Positions 1 through 9,310 of a stretch of 64,000 bases of DNA are shown here, piece after piece. The notes under the pieces are model-generated. The model did not search any database. It worked only from the letters and a program-made list of their open reading frames with translations, and was not told where the DNA came from. A program made the position numbers and the translations under genes. The first letter of the stretch is position 1, and each line of letters begins with the position of its first letter. Source of the DNA: a virus; IMG/VR virus record IMGVR_UViG_3300027801_001565. One strand, given 5' to 3'.

Positions 1-1
1 A

Positions 2-1609
2 ACAGCAGAACCTGTTGCAGCAGGTACAATAGCAGCTCAACCAACAATGGTAAGTCGCCCAGGTAAAGTAGACAAAAGAACAGGTATTGATAAAGAACCT
101 CTCGCTGAAAAACAACTAAATGTCTTAGAAGAGATCAGAGACATATTAAGAGACGGTGGTGGTGCAGGTGGCGGTAGTGAAAGCGGTGGTGGTATGTTTG
201 ATGGCCTTAATCCGTTTAAGAAAAAAGGATCCAAAGGGCCTAAAAAGGCTGGTAGATTCGGTAAATTTTTGAAAAGTCCCAAAGCTAAATTGGCAGGTAA
301 AGCTCTAGGAGCTGTTGCAGCGGTTGGTATGGGTGTTTATACAGCAGTAAGCGGTGTTAACAATGCTGAAGATATGGCAGACGCAGGTGAGTTAAATGCA
401 GAAGAAGAACAAAAAGCTAAATCAGAGGCAATAGGAGAAGGTACAGGTGGAGCAACCGGAGCATTAGCCGGAATGGCTGCCGGAGCAGCCATTGGTTCTG
501 TTGTTCCTTTTGTAGGAACAGCTATAGGCGGTATAATTGGCGGAGCTCTTGGATGGTGGGGAGGTAGTAAAGCAGGTAAGGCAGCTGGCGGAGCGATAGC
601 AGATGCTATTCCTGTATCAGCTGAAGATCTCGCAGAGTCTAATGCCCAAACAGAAAATGTATTAAGCCAAATAGAAGAAAGAGATTCAGGGTTAGCCGGA
701 CAAATAAGACAAGAGGCAGCGGGTATAGAATCTACATTGTTGGCAGAAGCTGGTGATTCAGTATCCGACAAAGACAAAGCATCTATTAAAAACGCAGCCA
801 TGGTACAGGCATTACTAAATAATCCTGATGCTACAGCAGGCATTGATAGAAACGTATCTGCCATTGATACAACTCTTGAGTCAATAGCTGGTGGAGATAC
901 AGCAACTGAAACAGGTACTGCAATACCTGTCATGAACGCGCCACCCTCTACCGGCAAGACTGATGAAGATCTGATGGCCGAAGCGTTCAGTGTATCTCAG
1001 ACAGGGTTGTCGATGGCTGGATTGAGGACCGGATCTGATATGCGGAGGTTTATCAATGCTCGAGATACAGATTTAGCAAATGGCAGCGCCCAAGTTGGTG
1101 TTAATGTGCGTGGTGAAGATGAACTCATACCAATGGATGCTATAGAAATTGAAAAAGGTATGTTTGATTGGACAATTGAGAAGGGGGAAGGTGCTGCAGC
1201 AATTCGTAAACTGTCAGATGGTTCTTACAACCGGACTAATGCAGCCGGTACTGAAATTGCGGTTAAAGGGTCTTATAAGATGGGCAAGATGACGATGGAA
1301 GAAATTCAAGCAGGGATTCAAGATGGAAGTATTGATCCTGATAATGGCAAAGCAGCAATAGATCAACTAGGAAAACTGTCCAATATTGAAAATCTAGGTG
1401 CGCCAACAGCAGCTGCTATTGATAATACAACTAATGCTTTTCAAGATGCTATGATGGCAAATGCAGATATGCCACCAGTAATAGTAGCCCCTACTACTAA
1501 TGTAGCAAGTGGTGGTGATAGTGGGCCAACAGTAGCAGTGGCAGCTGCTTCGGGTGCACGTATAAACCGTAGCTCGTTATCTAGATGGCAAGATTCAGCG
1601 TACGCTTAA
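2..1609 (+). CDS. 5'-truncated tail tape-measure/baseplate-hub-like protein (T4 gp29-like position)
   Basis: Frame open from the window start; Gly/Ala-rich hydrophobic glycine-zipper segment (GALAGMAAGAAIGSVVPFVGTAIGGIIGG) and a C-terminal PPVIVAPTTNV motif typical of T4-like tape-measure C-termini. Confidence 0.55.
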   Translation, partial: TAEPVAAGTIAAQPTMVSRPGKVDKRTGIDKEPLAEKQLNVLEEIRDILRDGGGAGGGSESGGGMFDGLNPFKKKGSKGPKKAGRFGKFLKSPKAKLAGKALGAVAAVGMGVYTAVSGVNNAEDMADAGELNAEEEQKAKSEAIGEGTGGATGALAGMAAGAAIGSVVPFVGTAIGGIIGGALGWWGGSKAGKAAGGAIADAIPVSAEDLAESNAQTENVLSQIEERDSGLAGQIRQEAAGIESTLLAEAGDSVSDKDKASIKNAAMVQALLNNPDATAGIDRNVSAIDTTLESIAGGDTATETGTAIPVMNAPPSTGKTDEDLMAEAFSVSQTGLSMAGLRTGSDMRRFINARDTDLANGSAQVGVNVRGEDELIPMDAIEIEKGMFDWTIEKGEGAAAIRKLSDGSYNRTNAAGTEIAVKGSYKMGKMTMEEIQAGIQDGSIDPDNGKAAIDQLGKLSNIENLGAPTAAAIDNTTNAFQDAMMANADMPPVIVAPTTNVASGGDSGPTVAVAAASGARINRSSLSRWQDSAYA

Positions 1610-2064
1610 CCGTTAGGAATTCCCAAACTATAAATTCTAGCTTGTAGTCGTTCCGCTCTAGGTCCGACTTGTTTAAACCAACGACTATCTTCCATTTCTT
1701 CTGAAGCTGTTATAAAATCTTCTGATTCAATAGCTGCTTGAAACTTCTTAAACTTGGAAAGCCTAGGACGTCCCATATTAAACATCATATTAACTAGAAC
1801 TTCTTGTACAGTACCTTGGAACTTATCCCAATCATCTCCGTACAGTGCAACACATTCTGAAATTGAAGTGTCTAAATCCTTTTCAAAACAAGCTTTAACT
1901 CTTTCTTCTGATACTAATGTACCTACTTCCTTTTCAAACTCTTCGTCTGATTCTAGTATTAAATGTCCAACTCCAAAAGTAGGATATCCTAGGTGATCTT
2001 TGTATACTTCATATACAACACCCTCGTCTACTTTTAACTGTTCAAATATATTATCTCTATTCAT
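1606..2064 (-). CDS. Phage lysozyme (GH24, T4 e-like)
   Basis: DEG..YEVYKDHLGYPTFGVGH catalytic E-D-T motif; NMMFNMG; DSRWFKQVGPRAERL. Confidence 0.92.
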   Translation of the reverse strand: MNRDNIFEQLKVDEGVVYEVYKDHLGYPTFGVGHLILESDEEFEKEVGTLVSEERVKACFEKDLDTSISECVALYGDDWDKFQGTVQEVLVNMMFNMGRPRLSKFKKFQAAIESEDFITASEEMEDSRWFKQVGPRAERLQARIYSLGIPNG

Positions 2065-2067
2065 CTT

Positions 2068-2799
2068 TTATTCCTCTTTATTCTTTTGCATATCATACAA
2101 AAATTGTGTATGTGGTTTAACGAAACAGTTTGTTATACTGATTCTATTATCTTTATATTTATTAACTTCTTTAATACTACTATGGTTTAAAATAATAGTA
2201 TCTGTGGATGGGATCTGATGTTCCAGCCATGCAGGCCATATTATTAAGTCGCCCGTCTTTGGTTGTATTACGGTTTCTAAATTTGTATTCTTTGTACCCA
2301 TTGACCAACTAGTGTACATGTCTGATAATGGAGATTTAAATTGTAATGGTGCATGTTCTTCATCAGCTCTAACATAATATGTAGCTACTAGATAATATTG
2401 TCCATGTGAATGCCAAGGGTAAGAGTCAGTCTCATCAAAGTATGTATACCAAGCATAGTTGTGCCAAAAAGAATTAAGCTCGTTTCGTAATTGAGTACCC
2501 AGTTCTGATTGCAACTCATAATCTATAGGTTGGGTCTCATCTAAGTAGGACATTACATGAGTCTTTATACTCCTTCGTAAGTCTTGCCAACCGTCAACTC
2601 CTTTCATTGGATCTTGCTTTAGATTAAATTTGTGTTCACCAGACTCTGTATAAATGCTAAGCTTACTCTTGTGTTTATTATCCCAATTAGATTTTAGTAA
2701 TTGCATGACTTCAATCGATGCTTGTAAGTCAGGGATTAAATCTGTTCTTACATTGTGAGCATGATATATAGGTAGGCCTAGTATCTGTTTGTTATTCAT
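2068..2799 (-). CDS. Putative 2OG-Fe(II) oxygenase (TIGR02466-like)
   Basis: HSH...ATYYV, GDLIIWPAWLEH and RISI motifs. Confidence 0.75.
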   Translation of the reverse strand: MNNKQILGLPIYHAHNVRTDLIPDLQASIEVMQLLKSNWDNKHKSKLSIYTESGEHKFNLKQDPMKGVDGWQDLRRSIKTHVMSYLDETQPIDYELQSELGTQLRNELNSFWHNYAWYTYFDETDSYPWHSHGQYYLVATYYVRADEEHAPLQFKSPLSDMYTSWSMGTKNTNLETVIQPKTGDLIIWPAWLEHQIPSTDTIILNHSSIKEVNKYKDNRISITNCFVKPHTQFLYDMQKNKEE

Positions 2800-3521
2800 T
2801 TAGAGAGTAACCAAGGTACTATAAATTTACCTGTCGTATCCCATCTACCCATTACAAGTTGGCCAGGTTTGTCGTGATGATTTGCATGATAATCTTCTCC
2901 GCCCATAAAGATATTACAAAACCAATTCAAGTTTGTAGGTGTTGCCTTAGTGCCACCGTGCCCGCCCCAGTTTATAACAAGAAACCAAATCCAACTCCAA
3001 GCAAACATAAATGCTAACCATACTACAAGCCATTTGCTTATAAGACCTAATACAATCATATTGCCGAGGTACAACCTCCAGTAATGTTTTGTAACAAACT
3101 GTGCGTCTTTTTGTTTAGAGTAGTATCTAAGAAATCCTACCTTAGGTTTTACTTCATCGTATTGTCCGAAGAATAATCTTTTAAAACCTATTTGTAATGG
3201 ACCATGAGGATCTCCCTCTTTATCTGTGTTGGCGTGATGTTGTAAATGAGATACAACATAATGTCCAGGTGGTGCTTCAGCTGTCATCACCATGAACCAC
3301 AACATTATCTTTCTACCTATCCAAGTGGGTTGGAATTGCGCGTGTGTTAACCAACGATGATACCCAGCGTTTGCTATTCGTGAAACTAGCGCTGCCACTA
3401 CAAACCACAATACAACTTGTCCTAGTGTAGGCTGTGCGTATACAAACCACAAAGGAACCCCTATTAATGCTACTGCATATAATATTACTATTTTTGCTGA
3501 TACTTTTTCTGTATATGTCAT
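2796..3521 (-). CDS. Membrane fatty-acid desaturase (delta9/DesC-like)
   Basis: His boxes HRWLTH, HLQHH..D...DPH, HANHH; TM helices; start placed at the ATG 5 nt after a late promoter. Confidence 0.85.
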   Translation of the reverse strand: MTYTEKVSAKIVILYAVALIGVPLWFVYAQPTLGQVVLWFVVAALVSRIANAGYHRWLTHAQFQPTWIGRKIMLWFMVMTAEAPPGHYVVSHLQHHANTDKEGDPHGPLQIGFKRLFFGQYDEVKPKVGFLRYYSKQKDAQFVTKHYWRLYLGNMIVLGLISKWLVVWLAFMFAWSWIWFLVINWGGHGGTKATPTNLNWFCNIFMGGEDYHANHHDKPGQLVMGRWDTTGKFIVPWLLSK

Positions 3522-3526
3522 ACTAT

Positions 3527-3534
3527 TATTTATA
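3527..3534 (-). promoter_or_regulatory. T4-type late promoter TATAAATA
   Basis: Exact consensus upstream of the desaturase ATG. Confidence 0.75.
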
Positions 3535-3538
3535 GTCA

Positions 3539-3570
3539 AAAAGAAGGCCCCGTTAGGAGCCTTCAAAAAA
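3539..3570. terminator. Intrinsic terminator after gp32
   Basis: GAAGGC-ccc gtta gga-GCCTTC hairpin; an A tract on its left gives a U tail on the minus strand. Confidence 0.7.
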
Positions 3571-3581
3571 ACTAATAGTTT

Positions 3582-4508
3582 TTAGTTATCTTCTGCAAGG
3601 GATTTGAAGTAAGATAATGTATCGTCCTCATCATCAGCCGAAACTGTTGGTGTGGATTCTACTGCTGGTGCTGCTTGGACAGATTTAACTTTTTCCATAA
3701 AGTTATCGTCTTCTGCGTCATCAGTCTGAGATGAAATCGACTCTGCCGATCTAGCTGTCTTTCCGCCTAGGACCATGTCCAATTTGGATTTAAGCTCTTC
3801 GTAGGTCTTGAATTGTTCTGGAGCGACTACGCCAGCTAAGCTGTGTTGTCTAGCCCAAACCTTTTCAATTTCATCATCATTATCAGATATAGAAGAAGGA
3901 CTTTCAAATTCACTTTTATCATAATTACGATATCCTTCTACTTGTCTGATTTTTAGTTTAAAGTTAGCGCCTTCCCAAAAGTCAAAAGGATTGACTGGGG
4001 ACTCGTCTTCAAACTGAGGTTGCATAACATCTTTAACTTTGTCAAAGATCTTTTTACCAAACTTATAAAGGTATACTTGTCCTTCATTAGCTGGGTTTGC
4101 TTTATCCTCTACTACCATTATATTAGCATAATAACTAAGACGTCTCTTTTGCTTACGAGCAATTTCCTTCTGCGACTCAATACCCGAGTTCCATAATTCA
4201 GAGTTTAATTCTGAAACTGGATCTTGTTTATTAAGTGTAGTAAGAGAGTTCTCAATATACCACTTACCGCCAGGTCCTTGAAATCCATGATTCCAGATCC
4301 TAACCCATGGCATATCCTCGCCTTGAGGTGCAGGTAAAAACCTGATAACGGCATAACCGTTTCCTGCTTTATCTACTGTTGGTTTCCATTCCCTGTCATC
4401 ACCCTTTGAAAAGTTAGATGTTGGGTTTGATATTTTTTCGACTTCCTTCATTAGGTTGTCAAATTTGCCTCGTGAATTCCGAAGCTCCGAAAGTGTACTA
4501 AACGACAT
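3582..4508 (-). CDS. 32: Single-stranded DNA-binding protein gp32
   Basis: DDREWKP..DKAGNGYAVIRFLPAP, GKWYIENSLTTL, NPFDFWEGANFKLKIR; acidic tail. Confidence 0.97.
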   Translation of the reverse strand: MSFSTLSELRNSRGKFDNLMKEVEKISNPTSNFSKGDDREWKPTVDKAGNGYAVIRFLPAPQGEDMPWVRIWNHGFQGPGGKWYIENSLTTLNKQDPVSELNSELWNSGIESQKEIARKQKRRLSYYANIMVVEDKANPANEGQVYLYKFGKKIFDKVKDVMQPQFEDESPVNPFDFWEGANFKLKIRQVEGYRNYDKSEFESPSSISDNDDEIEKVWARQHSLAGVVAPEQFKTYEELKSKLDMVLGGKTARSAESISSQTDDAEDDNFMEKVKSVQAAPAVESTPTVSADDEDDTLSYFKSLAEDN

Positions 4509-4535
4509 ATGTATTCTCCTGTATTTGCGTTGTAT

Positions 4536-5144
4536 TTACGTTGTATAAGAACTATTTCTAGTTCTTGCAATTATATTTATAAGGCCTAGATGCTTTAAAT
4601 GAAGGTTATTGGTATTCTTTCCCATAAAGGGAGTATACTTGTTCACCATAAGAACTGTATCTTTTAGTATAAGATCGTCCTTATATTCATTAACAAACTG
4701 TAATCCTTTATTCAGTATAACTACGGTTTCTATTGCTATTTGTTTACCAAGTAGCAGTTTAAATATAAGAGGGTGTCCACTTGCCACAGTGGAGTCTTCT
4801 ATATTATCTTGTTCCATTCTTAATTGAATGGTGTTCAGATCCTGTTCAAATGTATATGCTAACTTCTGTTTGTTAGCTTTCCAAATGTTGTATGTTTCCA
4901 TTGCCTCGGAATCAAACATTCCGTGCCAACGTTTGCCACTAACAAAGTTAGCGACTAATATGTCTATTATGTCCTTCCTGTCGTAATCCCTAGCCATCTT
5001 ACGAAGTACCAATAAGTCTTTACGCTTAAGAAAAGTTTCTCGCTTTCCTCTTGTAGCAAACTTGTGTTTGGTAATATCATAAGACTCTGTAGTAAAGTGC
5101 AACTTCACAGCGAGGTAGATTTTATATACGTCAAAAGGATCCAT
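4536..5144 (-). CDS. 59: Helicase loader gp59
   Basis: FDVYKIYLAVKLHFT..YD..K N-terminus; located between gp33 and gp32 as in T4. Confidence 0.9.
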   Translation of the reverse strand: MDPFDVYKIYLAVKLHFTTESYDITKHKFATRGKRETFLKRKDLLVLRKMARDYDRKDIIDILVANFVSGKRWHGMFDSEAMETYNIWKANKQKLAYTFEQDLNTIQLRMEQDNIEDSTVASGHPLIFKLLLGKQIAIETVVILNKGLQFVNEYKDDLILKDTVLMVNKYTPFMGKNTNNLHLKHLGLINIIARTRNSSYTT

Positions 5145-5145
5145 T

Positions 5146-5448
5146 TTATAAAGGTAGCTTAGCGCGTTTCTTTTCTTTTAGAAGATTTAATTCTAATGCT
5201 TCTTCTTTAATTTTGTTTTTTAAGTTGGATGTGAGGAACTTTCCTATACTCTCAATTTCAATTTCTTTTTTAATACAGTAATCACATACAGCATCCATAT
5301 TAGATATTTTACTATTAAAAGCCATTCGCTCCATGTATTGTGAAAATTCTGTAGGAGTATGAAACTCCTTTGTAACTAAAAATATATCTGATATTTTTTC
5401 TTTTGTCATTTCTATCGTGTTATCCACGATTATTCTGGGTGGCATCAT
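5146..5448 (-). CDS. 33: Late-promoter transcription coactivator gp33
   Basis: MDAVCDYC...EIE..GK.L...LKNKIKEEALELNLL motif; T4 33-59-32 synteny. Confidence 0.88.
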   Translation of the reverse strand: MMPPRIIVDNTIEMTKEKISDIFLVTKEFHTPTEFSQYMERMAFNSKISNMDAVCDYCIKKEIEIESIGKFLTSNLKNKIKEEALELNLLKEKKRAKLPL

Positions 5449-6304
5449 AAGTTTTATTCCTGTCTATCCATTCATTAATATAATTGTGTACATTATGTGT
5501 TGCACCAATGTAAGGGTGTTCGCAAAACGTTCTCTGAGCTTCACCTTGCCTATCGAAAGAATGTACCATAGGGTGATCGAAGCATTTTGCTATTGATAAG
5601 ATTGTTTGAGGATCTCCAGAGCCAAAGTGTGCCGTATTAGGAACGCCTGGATCTGCTAATAACTCTAACATACCTTGTACAACATCGTCTACATGAGTGA
5701 AGTCTCTTTCCTTCTTACCTGTTCCGTATATTGTTAAAGGTTGTCCTTTCAAATAATCTTGTTTAAATTTTCTAACAACTGTGCTATACTCACCGTAGTC
5801 TGCTTCACCAGGCCCATACACGTTGTAGAAAAACATTAAAACATAATCTAATGAATAGAGTCTCTTATATAAGTCTAATGTAGATTCACACACCACCTTA
5901 CTAAATGTATATGGATTTGATTGTGACTCTACATACTGTGTACTAGAAGATGTAGCAAAATATAATTTACAATTAAATACTCTTGCCCAATCTGCTACTG
6001 CACATGTTGTGCTAACATTATTTGTTATTGTTTCTGTAGGATACTCTAAAGCTCTACGAACTCTAGGGCTATTTGCTAAATGAAAAATACAGACGGGTGG
6101 CTCTATAAAACTTTGATGAGGATTAAAATCCTTCACATCACAGTTATGGTATTCGACGTTGTTATGAGTAACGAATACTTTTCCTGTTCTGTTATCATCA
6201 ACTACGGTTACAAAGAACCCTTGTTCTGATAGTCTACGAACTAGGTGGGAACCAATAAATCCACACCCGCCTGTTACAATTACATTTGGTTTATCTGTTA
6301 ACAT
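5420..6304 (-). CDS. NAD-dependent epimerase/dehydratase (extended SDR)
   Basis: VTGGCGFIGSH, PYTFSK (YxxxK), FYNVYGP, RDFTHVDD. Confidence 0.92.
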   Translation of the reverse strand: MLTDKPNVIVTGGCGFIGSHLVRRLSEQGFFVTVVDDNRTGKVFVTHNNVEYHNCDVKDFNPHQSFIEPPVCIFHLANSPRVRRALEYPTETITNNVSTTCAVADWARVFNCKLYFATSSSTQYVESQSNPYTFSKVVCESTLDLYKRLYSLDYVLMFFYNVYGPGEADYGEYSTVVRKFKQDYLKGQPLTIYGTGKKERDFTHVDDVVQGMLELLADPGVPNTAHFGSGDPQTILSIAKCFDHPMVHSFDRQGEAQRTFCEHPYIGATHNVHNYINEWIDRNKTYDATQNNRG

Positions 6305-6310
6305 GTGCTT

Positions 6311-6339
6311 ATTATACGACCTTTAACTGCTTTAGTCAA
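6311..6339 (-). promoter_or_regulatory. Sigma70-like promoter TTGACT-17-TATAAT with AGGTCG extension
   Basis: Shares AGGTCGTATAAT with promoters at 48524-48552 and 58212-58240. Confidence 0.7.
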
Positions 6340-6841
6340 CATCTTTATAGAAGATATGGTTATCTATCTTTACTGTTTTATTATAAACCATAGACCATTT
6401 GGGTTTAACCGCAGGACTATGATACCATAGTGCTCCTTGTGTGACGTCTACTGACTCGTATTCATACATTACTTCTGCTATTAAATGTATGTCTTCCCAC
6501 ACCTTGTAGTCTCTTACTTTGTCAGATTTTCCATCACAATACCAACTGAATTGGCACGAATGTAAATCTATCTTCCCGCTAGGGTAATACTTGGTTTGTT
6601 TAACTACTGCACAAACTGTGTCTGGAAATCTATTATCCTTTACTCTGTTTAATGTAACAAGAGCGACAGCCATTCTGCCTGGTGTTGATTCTCCTCTAGC
6701 TTCAAAATATATATTTTCAGCTAAACAATTTACCTCTTCTTGTGTTGTAGTTACAATCTTTTCTTTATTCTTCATTGTAGCATTTACTTCTTCTGCTATC
6801 ATCATAAACAATATCATCGGTACTGTTATCCATAACTTCAT
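6332..6841 (-). CDS. Cell wall hydrolase (SleB/Hydrolase_2)
   Basis: CLAENIYFEARGE, LNRV...FPDTVCAVV, CQFSWYCDG, IDNHIFY; N-terminal signal/TM. Confidence 0.92.
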   Translation of the reverse strand: MKLWITVPMILFMMIAEEVNATMKNKEKIVTTTQEEVNCLAENIYFEARGESTPGRMAVALVTLNRVKDNRFPDTVCAVVKQTKYYPSGKIDLHSCQFSWYCDGKSDKVRDYKVWEDIHLIAEVMYEYESVDVTQGALWYHSPAVKPKWSMVYNKTVKIDNHIFYKDVD

Positions 6842-6859
6842 ATGGTTCCTCCTTTAATA

Positions 6860-7110
6860 GTGGGCCCTATTGTAACAGGGTGGTGCCCATACCCCGACTA
6901 GCTTATGCCGCTAGTGCGTAACCATTTGCTTCTGCATTTAGTTTGTTTGCTTCTGCGTTGGAAAATACCAACAAGTCTTCCGCCTTGACTTATTCTCCAC
7001 TTACCTTATTATTCCCTGTCGATCCTAATTCTCCCCCTCATTTTTTATTGGTGGAGGAGCCGGGAATTGCACCCGGGTCCAGAAAACTTTATTCGTAAGT
7101 ATCAACGAAC
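6860..7110 (-). ncRNA. ssrA: Circularly permuted (two-piece) tmRNA
   Basis: On the minus strand the T-arm/acceptor 3' half ending CTCCTCC-A-CCA (7080-7049) precedes an 11-nt spacer and the 5' half GGGGGAGAATTAGGATCGAC (from 7037); G3-U70 pair; tag frame 6935-6903 = AEANGYALAA*. Outer ends approximate. Confidence 0.92.
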
Positions 7111-7179
7111 AATAGTATTTATTATACTTTAAAAGCATGTATTTGTAAAGAGTGAAGAACACCATAAAAGCTAGATAAA

Positions 7180-7200
7180 GAAAAGGTGCCTTACGACACC
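7180..7200 (-). terminator. Intrinsic terminator
   Basis: AGGTGTC-gtaa-GGCACCT followed by TTTCTTT on the minus strand. Confidence 0.6.
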
Positions 7201-7221
7201 TATTCAGTCTACGTTCTGAAT

Positions 7222-7395
7222 TTAAATACCCGTACTTGTAGCGTATATGATACCTATGGGCAATAGTAACGGAGCCGCCATAATCGCTACTAATTGAACC
7301 GCATCACAGATAAGACAAACCTTGTCATTCTCCCTAAGCCTTTCAACGTTGGTTTTCATGTGCTTCGCTACATTGCTGAATGTGGCAGTAGTCAT
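7222..7395 (-). CDS. Small membrane protein (57 aa), not in the ORF track
   Basis: MTTATFSNVAKHMKTNVERLRENDKVCLICDAVQLVAIMAAPLLLPIGIIYATSTGI; AGGAGAGG RBS; late promoter at 7470-7477. Confidence 0.7.
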   Translation of the reverse strand: MTTATFSNVAKHMKTNVERLRENDKVCLICDAVQLVAIMAAPLLLPIGIIYATSTGI

Positions 7396-7536
7396 GAAAC
7401 CTCTCCTATTGTTTTAGATGTTTATATTAATTTGTTATAATGTAGTATAGAACCACGTTATAACACTCTTATTTATACAAAGTGACTCTATTTACGATAA
7501 TGTATTTGTAACTTTTATGTATTTATGGTGTAGGAC

Positions 7537-8088
7537 CTAATCCCAAAGTGATTCGAAGTACTTTCCAAACAATCGAAATCCATTAGTAATACGATCTTGG
7601 TATGCCTTACGCCCTTCCCAATCAACTTCATATGTGTCGTTAGGACCTTTGGTCATTTCACTATGACCTTTGAGTTTACCTTCGGTTATTTCAATCCACA
7701 CAACATCGTGTTCGCCTGATTGAAACTGTTCTTCCCAGTCGTTATGTTTGCTCTCAAAGGCAAATATCATTTCGTCCATCACCCAATCCCAACGCTCAAA
7801 GAACTTGCTATCAGTCTCACCATTTTTAGTGTATGCTGTTAGTTCTTTCTTAGTAGGACGCAACTCTGCAGGTACATCTTCAGGGTACACATACGGAGCA
7901 CCATGCTTGGTTAGTTTGAGTTGCTTGAGCATTGGCTCAATAATATATGCAAGGGTATGATCCATGCTCCACGTATCATAGTTGTCAATACGAACTGACA
8001 CAGACTGTTCGTTGCATATACCGAACTTCTCGTACAAAAAGTTGTGGTACCAACGATGTTTTGGATACGGGCCTATTTTAATTTTCAT
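7537..8088 (-). CDS. Hypothetical phage protein
   Basis: 183-aa ORF with DTWSMDHTLA.II.PMLKQLK and GFRLFGKY motifs of a recurrent phage family. Confidence 0.7.
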   Translation of the reverse strand: MKIKIGPYPKHRWYHNFLYEKFGICNEQSVSVRIDNYDTWSMDHTLAYIIEPMLKQLKLTKHGAPYVYPEDVPAELRPTKKELTAYTKNGETDSKFFERWDWVMDEMIFAFESKHNDWEEQFQSGEHDVVWIEITEGKLKGHSEMTKGPNDTYEVDWEGRKAYQDRITNGFRLFGKYFESLWD

Positions 8089-8151
8089 TCTTTACGCCAC
8101 CCTTTAATGGTATCCTGTCTTTCTTAGGCATTATAATCCTTTGTTGTATAT

Positions 8152-8228
8152 TGGTACGCCCTAGTGGATTCGAACCACTGACCCACAGCTTAGAAGGCTG
8201 TTGCTCTATCCAGCTGAGCTAAGAGCGT
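8152..8228 (-). tRNA. tRNA-Arg (anticodon TCT)
   Basis: ACGCTCTTAGCTCAGCTGGATAGAGCAACAGCCTTCTAAGCTGTGGGTCAGTGGTTCGAATCCACTAGGGCGTACCA; full cloverleaf with encoded CCA. Confidence 0.96.
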
Positions 8229-8236
8229 CTTGACTT

Positions 8237-8947
8237 TTATGAAGCAGAGTTAGCTAAGTGTGCCATCATATCGTTATTGATCTCTACCACTTCTTTGTTT
8301 TCATTTTCGTACGCATCTCTAGTCTCAATTAACTGTGGTACGAAATCATCTCTCTTTTCAACCCATATTGCTGGGCCATCATCTTCCTGAGCCATTAGTA
8401 TTACTGTTTGACTTACAGGGATTCCTGTTCTTTCTTCAAACATAATGGCATAAGCAGCACACTGCATAAAATAACTATAGCATTGTGAACGGGTTTTCTT
8501 CTTCTTAGATGTTTTAAAATCTATTACAGAAAGCTTACCCTTGTACTCAGCGATGCAATCTACTTGCCCACCTAGTCTTAGGTGATCTGAATATAAGGTG
8601 CCTTCTAAACAATGTATATTATCTATATCATTTAATAGTGGGCGGAACTCCCTGTACATCTCTTGATCGAGAATACTAAGTTTAGATACATCCTCATCTT
8701 TATTGTTGAGTGCATCCTCACATAGGGTATGTATTTTTGTTCCTCTTGTAGAAGCAACATTACTTATACGATTAGCTTCTGCCTCACCTACACGCTGACG
8801 CCAAGCTTGTATAAATGGCTTGGATTTGTGTGATAGTATTGTGGTTACAGAAGGATATAATACACCAGAAGGTGTTTCATACCGCCTTCCGTTTTCTGTA
8901 TTCTTTCGTTTAAGTTGTGCTACTTCAACGGGTATATGATTAAACAA
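8237..8947 (-). CDS. PD-(D/E)XK exonuclease (Cas4-like, common in T4-like phages)
   Basis: YPSVTTIL, RGTKIH, GQVDCIAE..GKLSVIDFKTS, YFMQCAAYA. Confidence 0.88.
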   Translation of the reverse strand: MFNHIPVEVAQLKRKNTENGRRYETPSGVLYPSVTTILSHKSKPFIQAWRQRVGEAEANRISNVASTRGTKIHTLCEDALNNKDEDVSKLSILDQEMYREFRPLLNDIDNIHCLEGTLYSDHLRLGGQVDCIAEYKGKLSVIDFKTSKKKKTRSQCYSYFMQCAAYAIMFEERTGIPVSQTVILMAQEDDGPAIWVEKRDDFVPQLIETRDAYENENKEVVEINNDMMAHLANSAS

Positions 8948-9107
8948 TATCTTCTTCCTCTTCTTTATTCAACGAAGAAGCAGCCCAGCCCATTAACAAC
9001 AAGCCTAGGGTACTCCATAATAACATTTGGGATATGTCCATGGTGTCTTTTTCCAGCCCACCGGCAGCGCCCATGATAATCACAAATCCTAACATAAATC
9101 TAATCAT
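8940..9107 (-). CDS. Small two-TM membrane protein (55 aa), not in the ORF track
   Basis: MIRFMLGFVIIMGAAGGLEKDTMDISQMLLWSTLGLLLMGWAASSLNKEEEEDIV; fills the gap between neighbours. Confidence 0.65.
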   Translation of the reverse strand: MIRFMLGFVIIMGAAGGLEKDTMDISQMLLWSTLGLLLMGWAASSLNKEEEEDIV

Positions 9108-9108
9108 T

Positions 9109-9309
9109 CTAATATCCTTTCGTCATATGTGAGTAACAGTCTGGGCCTGAATTGTCTAGTGGCAAGCCACATAAACAATCGGTATCACCTTCATCTTGAA
9201 GGCCAGGGAAGTTTGTAACCTTCCCTGCCTGTTCTAAGAATTTCCACTCTCTGTCAAAAGCTTCGTCCAACTTCTGTTGGGGGGATTTGTTAGTATCAAA
9301 TATATTCAT
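9109..9309 (-). CDS. Hypothetical protein with C-terminal Cys/His motif
   Basis: Likely start MNIFD; ends CLCG...CYSHMTKGY. Confidence 0.6.
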   Translation of the reverse strand: MNIFDTNKSPQQKLDEAFDREWKFLEQAGKVTNFPGLQDEGDTDCLCGLPLDNSGPDCYSHMTKGY

Positions 9310-9310
9310 A

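Noticed and set aside
337-957. This and the many other short antisense ORFs in the track
   Set aside because: They lie opposite well-supported genes and show no motifs
7049-7080. Stand-alone tRNA fragment or attP site
   Set aside because: Explained as the acceptor piece of the permuted tmRNA; no integrase nearby
8237-8947. Cas4 as evidence of a CRISPR system
   Set aside because: Stand-alone PD-(D/E)XK exonucleases are routine in T4-like phages, and it lacks the Cas4 Fe-S cysteine set
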